NCBI GenBank assembly: GCA_963803145.1
Contig: CAWDLW010000020.1
Location: 96,001 to 160,000, forward strand
DNA length: 64,000 nt
Origin: Methanotrichaceae archaeon
GTDB taxonomy: Archaea > Halobacteriota > Methanosarcinia > Methanotrichales > Methanotrichaceae
Reading direction: 5' to 3'
Under the pieces are notes generated by a model that was not told where the DNA came from, made no database searches, and saw only the letters and a list, made by a program, of their open reading frames with translations. Positions 58,989-64,000 of this stretch are shown here, piece after piece. The stretch's first letter is position 1, and every line of letters begins with the position of its first letter. The position numbers and the translations under genes are program-made.

Positions 58989-59483
58989 ATGGAGAACATT
59001 AAGATCAAAGAATTCCCGCTGCTTGTTCTGTGCATAATTATCTGCCAGGCAGCAGGCTCTATTGGCTCATTTTTCACAAACATGTCGGTCTCCACCTGGT
59101 ATCCAACCCTCGCAAAGCCCTGGTTCACGCCTCCAGGATGGCTGATCGGTGTTGTGTGGTTCATCCTCTTCATACTAATGGGCATAGCTCTCTTTTTTGT
59201 TTGGCGAAACAACCTGCGTCTGCGCAATGCACTTATCAGGAACGCCATCACAATCTTCGGAGCCCAGCTTATCGTTAACATCCTATGGTCTGCCGCATTC
59301 TTCGGCCTGCAGTCGCCTCTGTATGGATTGGCAGTGATATCTATTCTATGGGTTCTGATATTGGCCACGATTGTGATGTTCTGGCGTGTATCCAGGGACG
59401 CAGCGTTACTTCTGGTGCCCTATATCCTCTGGGTGAGCTTTGCTGCTTTCCTCAATTATAATATCTGGATGCTGAATCATTGA
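58989..59483 (+). CDS. tspO: TspO/MBR tryptophan-rich sensory protein
   Basis: WYPTLAKPWFTPPGW, NILWS..FFG, LLVPYILWVSFA. Confidence 0.93.
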   Translation: MENIKIKEFPLLVLCIIICQAAGSIGSFFTNMSVSTWYPTLAKPWFTPPGWLIGVVWFILFILMGIALFFVWRNNLRLRNALIRNAITIFGAQLIVNILWSAAFFGLQSPLYGLAVISILWVLILATIVMFWRVSRDAALLLVPYILWVSFAAFLNYNIWMLNH

Positions 59484-59991
59484 GGTCGATGTATTCAGCA
59501 TACCCTTTACCCTTTACCATTTTTTTGCTCTCGCTTCCAAAACGATCCAATCTTTAGCGCCATTGAGACACAGCACAGTGTGGATACATCCTATAATACC
59601 ACAAATAAATCCGAATCCCAAACGATGAAGCATGATACGCAAGCAAGCCAGAGGAACAATATAGAATATAGGCCAGCTCAACTGAGCAGCAAAATTCCTA
59701 GGAATGCCATTGTGATTGGTAGCAGAAATAGTAGCCAGACAACGCATCTGGTCTGGGAGATATTCGCGACAATGGCTCAAGCTTCCATAATCGATTATAT
59801 AACTGGAACCTTAGATAGCGAACAACAAGCGAAGTCATGGCACGAAAAAATGAGCTAGCCGCATTGTCAATCAAGCATCTAAGAGATTATCGAATTTGCG
59901 GGTTTGCGAATTTGCGGGTTTGTCTGCAAAAACCACTTTGATTTGCTGAATATTCCACAAAACTCATATATCATGAAAAATATGCACATTT

Positions 59992-60915
59992 ATGGAAGCT
60001 CTTAGAGTCTATGCAATCTTGTTCCTCCTAGGAGCGGTTATTTCTCCGGGCATCTGTGCCGCGGCCGCTTCAGGGAATAATAGCTCGAATGCTAGTATAG
60101 CGGCTGCATCTGCTGGAACCTCTCATGCAGATCTTATCGCTTTTGTAGATAATGCAGTAGCCTATGCCAAAGCTAACGGAAAAGAGATGGCCATCAAAGA
60201 GTTCAATAACAACAAATCGACTCAGTTCATTAAAGGTGAACTCTATATCTTTGCTGTTGACTTCAATGGCACAACCATAGCCCACCCATATCGACCGGAT
60301 TTCGTGGGAAAGAGCCAGATGAGTCTAAATGATACAAATGGTGTTCCATTCTTTAAGAATATGGCCACTGTTGCAAATAGAGGCAATGGGTCAGTCTATT
60401 ATGTCTTCGCCAATCCTGCTCATAATAAGAAACCGGAGCTGAAGTTAACCTACGTTGAGAAGGTAGATAATACCTGGTGGCTGGGCGCTGGAACTTACCT
60501 GTCCAATATGTCGGCAAACTTCAGCCAGGCATCCAGGAATAATCTCACAAGCTTTGTCAATTCGGCTGCTAATTATGCAAAGGAGTACGGGAAAAACAAA
60601 GCCTTGAAGGAATTCAACGACAAGAATGGCACATTCTTCAAGGGAGGACTGTATGTGTTCGCCTATGACTTCAACGGCACAACACTTGCAGCCCCAACTC
60701 AGCCAAATCTATTAGGCACAAATAGGATCAATGTCACCGATCCAAATGGAGTTAAGCTCGTTAGGGACATGGGAGATCTGGCCAAAGGCGGAAAAGGATT
60801 CACCTATTACATCTACGCCGATCCGACAAAGAATATGATGCAGAGGCTCAAGCTGAGCTGTGTCGAGAATGTGGATAATACCTGGTTCCTGGGTGCAGGC
60901 CAATACGCCCAATGA
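59992..60915 (+). CDS. Secreted tandem Cache (sCache_2-like) domain protein
   Basis: Two repeats of V..A..YAK..GK..A.KEFN...F.KG.LY.FA.DFNGTT.A.P...W.LGAG. Confidence 0.88.
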   Translation: MEALRVYAILFLLGAVISPGICAAAASGNNSSNASIAAASAGTSHADLIAFVDNAVAYAKANGKEMAIKEFNNNKSTQFIKGELYIFAVDFNGTTIAHPYRPDFVGKSQMSLNDTNGVPFFKNMATVANRGNGSVYYVFANPAHNKKPELKLTYVEKVDNTWWLGAGTYLSNMSANFSQASRNNLTSFVNSAANYAKEYGKNKALKEFNDKNGTFFKGGLYVFAYDFNGTTLAAPTQPNLLGTNRINVTDPNGVKLVRDMGDLAKGGKGFTYYIYADPTKNMMQRLKLSCVENVDNTWFLGAGQYAQ

Positions 60916-61242
60916 ATTGTTGAGATACAGTTGAATAGCCCAAAGGCGCATGAGCTGCGCCATTGGCCATATTTTTGAGGAGGTTATTTCTGAACCATGA
61001 ACCGCAAATGCCTTTAAAGTATTTCCCTGGGCGACCAAATATCTCATCATAGAATTCTTTTCTTATGTCTTTATGGTTTCGCATGAAAATTGGCCAATGG
61101 GCATCGATTTAATAATTCATTATGAGGCGCAGTCTCCTAGAAGTCTTCCACTAAAAACATTCATCCAGTAACTAAGTTATTCTTAGTTTTAGGATGGCTA
61201 TGTATTTAAACGATTGAGAGAATGAAGCAACGGGAGAACAAA

Positions 61243-61581
61243 ATGAGACGACTGATACTAATAATATCCATCTTACTAGCGATAACAGTTTTATCCCACA
61301 GCCTTGCACCAGCCCAACTTAGCGGCACCGATGGCATGGCATTGCTGAAGGGCTTGACAAACAGCTCGGAAAATCTTACTATGGGCAATAACACGACGTC
61401 TGACCACTCCAATAGCAAGATACTTGTCTCGCTCAGCGGCAATAATGGCACTGCGTTGCTATCCAACTTAACGAATAACCCGGCGAACCTGTCTTGGGGC
61501 TCTAAGCCACGTACACCGCCTCCACCACCATCATATACTGATGCCCTGTACGCTCAGGTTATCCATGATAACCACGTATGA
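61243..61581 (+). CDS. Secreted hypothetical protein
   Basis: Signal peptide; internal repeat LSG..G.ALL..LTN; LSWGSKPRTPPPPP. Confidence 0.7.
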   Translation: MRRLILIISILLAITVLSHSLAPAQLSGTDGMALLKGLTNSSENLTMGNNTTSDHSNSKILVSLSGNNGTALLSNLTNNPANLSWGSKPRTPPPPPSYTDALYAQVIHDNHV

Positions 61582-61774
61582 TCCTTCTGATGCCGGGATA
61601 CCGGACATCATAAGAATACGATAGTAGATCTTGCATCTGCTGCATTAATCTGAGAGAACCGTGGCTGGCTGCGTGGATCGGCCAGAACTAAATCTTATTT
61701 GGGCCTAAGTATTTTCAAAGGCAATAAGATTGAACTTGCAAAAAGTTATACGCTTAGAGAATCAGTTTTAAAAT

Positions 61775-62038
61775 ATGATAATGTCCATTCCATTATCATC
61801 TCCTCCTTTACTTGCCGCCACATTTTTGATAGCTTTGGGCGTAGCTTTGATTCCCTTATCGGCAAGGTACGGCATCATATGCATAGGCGCAGGAAGCATC
61901 ATTATGGGCTTAGTGATGTTGGCAGATCTGCCCAAAGGATTCGAGCTTCAAGGGATTATATTGTTTGGATTAGTCATCGTGGTGGGAGCCTGGATGATAG
62001 CTGTGGGCCTGAAGAATCCTGTAAAAAAGGATCGCTGA
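61775..62038 (+). CDS. Small membrane protein (3 TM)
   Basis: Hydrophobic 87-aa ORF with basic C-terminal tail. Confidence 0.55.
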   Translation: MIMSIPLSSPPLLAATFLIALGVALIPLSARYGIICIGAGSIIMGLVMLADLPKGFELQGIILFGLVIVVGAWMIAVGLKNPVKKDR

Positions 62039-62277
62039 AGATGAATTGGGTATCTTGAGATCATACTTTATATTTGGGGCCAATACTTGTGGCTTTGCTA
62101 CTAACTTAAGAGCCTGCACTCTCTGGGGCTAATACTAGCGGCTTTCCTGGCGCGCTCCAACGCCCGCGCGGGCTGCCCCTAACCCCTCTACGGGGGAAGG
62201 TTTTGGAAAACGCATGCTATAAAGTTGGAGGGGAATGGAAACGCTATAGTCGGAGATCCTTTTTGCATTTTGCTGCA

Positions 62278-63756
62278 CTAAACTCCGTCTATTGTCTTGT
62301 CCTTCCCAAGCTCTTCATATATCGACCTGAACTGCTCCAGCGCTGTCTCCAGATTCTCCACTATTTCGGCGGCCAGCACCTCAGGCTCTGGAAGGTTATC
62401 TGAATCCTCTAAACTCTCGTCTTTGAGCCAGAAGATGTCCAGGCTGGCTTTATCCCTCTTCATGAGATCTTCGTAGCTAAAAGCCCTGAAGCGCTCAGTC
62501 TCCTGCCTCTGATGCCGATTATCAGGGTTATAGCACTTGATGAAGTCCTGCAGGTCCTCAAGCTTGAGGGGATTGGTCTTGAGTGTAAAGTGCTGATTGG
62601 TCCTCAGGTCGTAGATCCAGAGCTTCTCAGTCCACGGATTTTGGCTGGCAGGCTTACGATCAAAGAATAACACGTTGGCCTTGACACCCTGGGCATAGAA
62701 AACGCCAGTGGGCAGCCGCAGTAGCGTGTGTACATCGCACTCCTGAAGCAGCTTACGCCTTACTGTTTCTCCTGCGCCGCCCTCGAAGAGAACGTTGTCA
62801 GGCACGACTATTGCTGCCCTGCCATTTATCTTGAGCAATGTCTTGATGTGCTGCAGGAAGTTGAGCTGCTTGTTGGAGGTCGTGGCACAGAAATCCTGGC
62901 GGCTGTATGTTATGGTCTCCTTATCGGTTTTACCCTCGCCATTGATGATGGTGATGCTGCTCTTTTTGCCAAATGGCGGATTGGTCAGAACCAGATCTGC
63001 ACGCTCGCCTCGATCTGCGATCAGGGAATCGGCCACATCAATTGGGCTTTCCTCGCCGCCTATGCCGTGGAGGTATAGGTTCATTGCACAGAGGCGGGCG
63101 ACGCTGTCCACGATGTCTGTGCCCTTTAGTGTTTTATTCTTCAGAAAAAGCTTTTGATCTTTATCCAGGGGATTTTGATGCTGATGCTCGACATAGTCGT
63201 AAGCCGCCAGGAGAAAGCCGCCTGTGCCGCATGCCGGATCGTTGATGGTCTCGCCGGGCTTAGGCCGCATAACTTCAACCATAGCCTTGATAAGCGATCT
63301 TGGCGTGAAATATTGCCCAGCTCCACCCTTAACGTCCTCGGCGTTCTTCTCAAGAAGGCCCTCGTAGATTTTGCCCTTCACATCTATATTTAGGCCGACC
63401 CAGGTCTCGCCATCGATAAGCTTAACCAGGCGCCTAAGTTTAGCTGGGTCCTGGATTTTGTTCTGGGATTTCCGGAATATGACGCCCAGCATTCCAGGCT
63501 CTTTGCCCAAAGCTTCAAGAATATGGCGATAATGAGCCTCAAGCTCTGCCCCACCCTTCTTCAGAATGCTTTGCCAATCGAGATCCTGTGGTATTTTCGA
63601 GGGCCTGTTATAGGGAGGGCGGCTCTGCTCATCGGCCATTTTAAGGAACAGCAGGTAGGTTAGCTGTTCCACATAGTCGCCGTAGCTAACGCCATCATCA
63701 CGGAGAACATGGCAGTAGTTCCAAAATCGCTGGACGATGGTGGATTCTTCGGTCAT
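62278..63756 (-). CDS. hsdM: Type I restriction-modification DNA methyltransferase subunit M
   Basis: DYVEQLTYLLFLKM, GAGQYFTPR, DPACGTGGF, TNPPFG, PDNVLFEG. Confidence 0.96.
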   Translation of the reverse strand: MTEESTIVQRFWNYCHVLRDDGVSYGDYVEQLTYLLFLKMADEQSRPPYNRPSKIPQDLDWQSILKKGGAELEAHYRHILEALGKEPGMLGVIFRKSQNKIQDPAKLRRLVKLIDGETWVGLNIDVKGKIYEGLLEKNAEDVKGGAGQYFTPRSLIKAMVEVMRPKPGETINDPACGTGGFLLAAYDYVEHQHQNPLDKDQKLFLKNKTLKGTDIVDSVARLCAMNLYLHGIGGEESPIDVADSLIADRGERADLVLTNPPFGKKSSITIINGEGKTDKETITYSRQDFCATTSNKQLNFLQHIKTLLKINGRAAIVVPDNVLFEGGAGETVRRKLLQECDVHTLLRLPTGVFYAQGVKANVLFFDRKPASQNPWTEKLWIYDLRTNQHFTLKTNPLKLEDLQDFIKCYNPDNRHQRQETERFRAFSYEDLMKRDKASLDIFWLKDESLEDSDNLPEPEVLAAEIVENLETALEQFRSIYEELGKDKTIDGV

Positions 63757-64000
63757 TGGATCAGCCTCATCTGGCGGGTATTATTATTTCTTCTGCTTCT
63801 CCTTGGAGCTTCTTTTGCGCTTTCTGCTTTGATTCTCTCCGGGAGCACGCTGGCTGGCTCATCGTTGGGGTCTTGGGGGACGAGCCTGCCTTCGAAGGCA
63901 CACTTGAGGACGGATTGGCGAAGTTTGTCTGCATAAATGAGGTTTTGGCCTAAGATTTTCTCAGACTCATCGCAGATGGATAAACGTCTCTCAACTTCAC
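63753..64000 (-). CDS. hsdS: Type I R-M specificity subunit S, 3' end (truncated by the window edge)
   Basis: Manual translation ...LRQSVLKCAFEGRLVPQDPNDEPASVLPERIKAE...; TGA overlaps the hsdM ATG (ATGA). Confidence 0.9.
   Translation of the reverse strand, partial: EVERRLSICDESEKILGQNLIYADKLRQSVLKCAFEGRLVPQDPNDEPASVLPERIKAESAKEAPRRSRRNNNTRQMRLIQ

Noticed and set aside
59514-59858. Overlapping 88-aa and 92-aa ORFs
   Set aside because: Neither strand shows a recognisable motif; cannot choose or support either.
62130-62205. GC-rich structured stretch downstream of hsdM as tRNA or ncRNA
   Set aside because: No cloverleaf or T-loop consensus, and only short stems.

Overview
Archaeal DNA, most likely a Methanothrix/Methanotrichaceae-type methanogen (inferred from HdrD-like CCG proteins, DUF2111, the oapABC-type GTPase/DUF2073/Zn-ribbon trio and many Asn-sequon-rich secreted proteins). 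It is mostly an accessory region. It holds scattered housekeeping genes (argG, HMG-CoA synthase, radical SAM, Hsp20), redox/oxygen-stress genes, two intact IS elements (IS481-like, IS630-like), a 19-31.5 kb zone of decayed DNA-polymerase/helicase fragments and the 3' end of a type I R-M locus. The standout is a co-oriented minus-strand cassette at about 48.1-56.2 kb. Two signal-peptide proteins made almost entirely of C-x-[T/S]-x-x-x hexapeptides (about 54 and 59 units) bracket two paralogous multi-pass membrane proteins with DUF4350/GIFT(GATase-like)-type domains and a C-terminally anchored exported protein. This looks like an uncharacterised extracellular Cys-repeat modification or assembly system. 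Also notable are a secreted glutaminyl cyclase alongside many exported proteins predicted to begin with Gln, and a 32-residue Asn/Gln-ladder repeat protein. No rRNA, tRNA or CRISPR array was recognised. All family calls come from motif recognition by eye; no searches were run.
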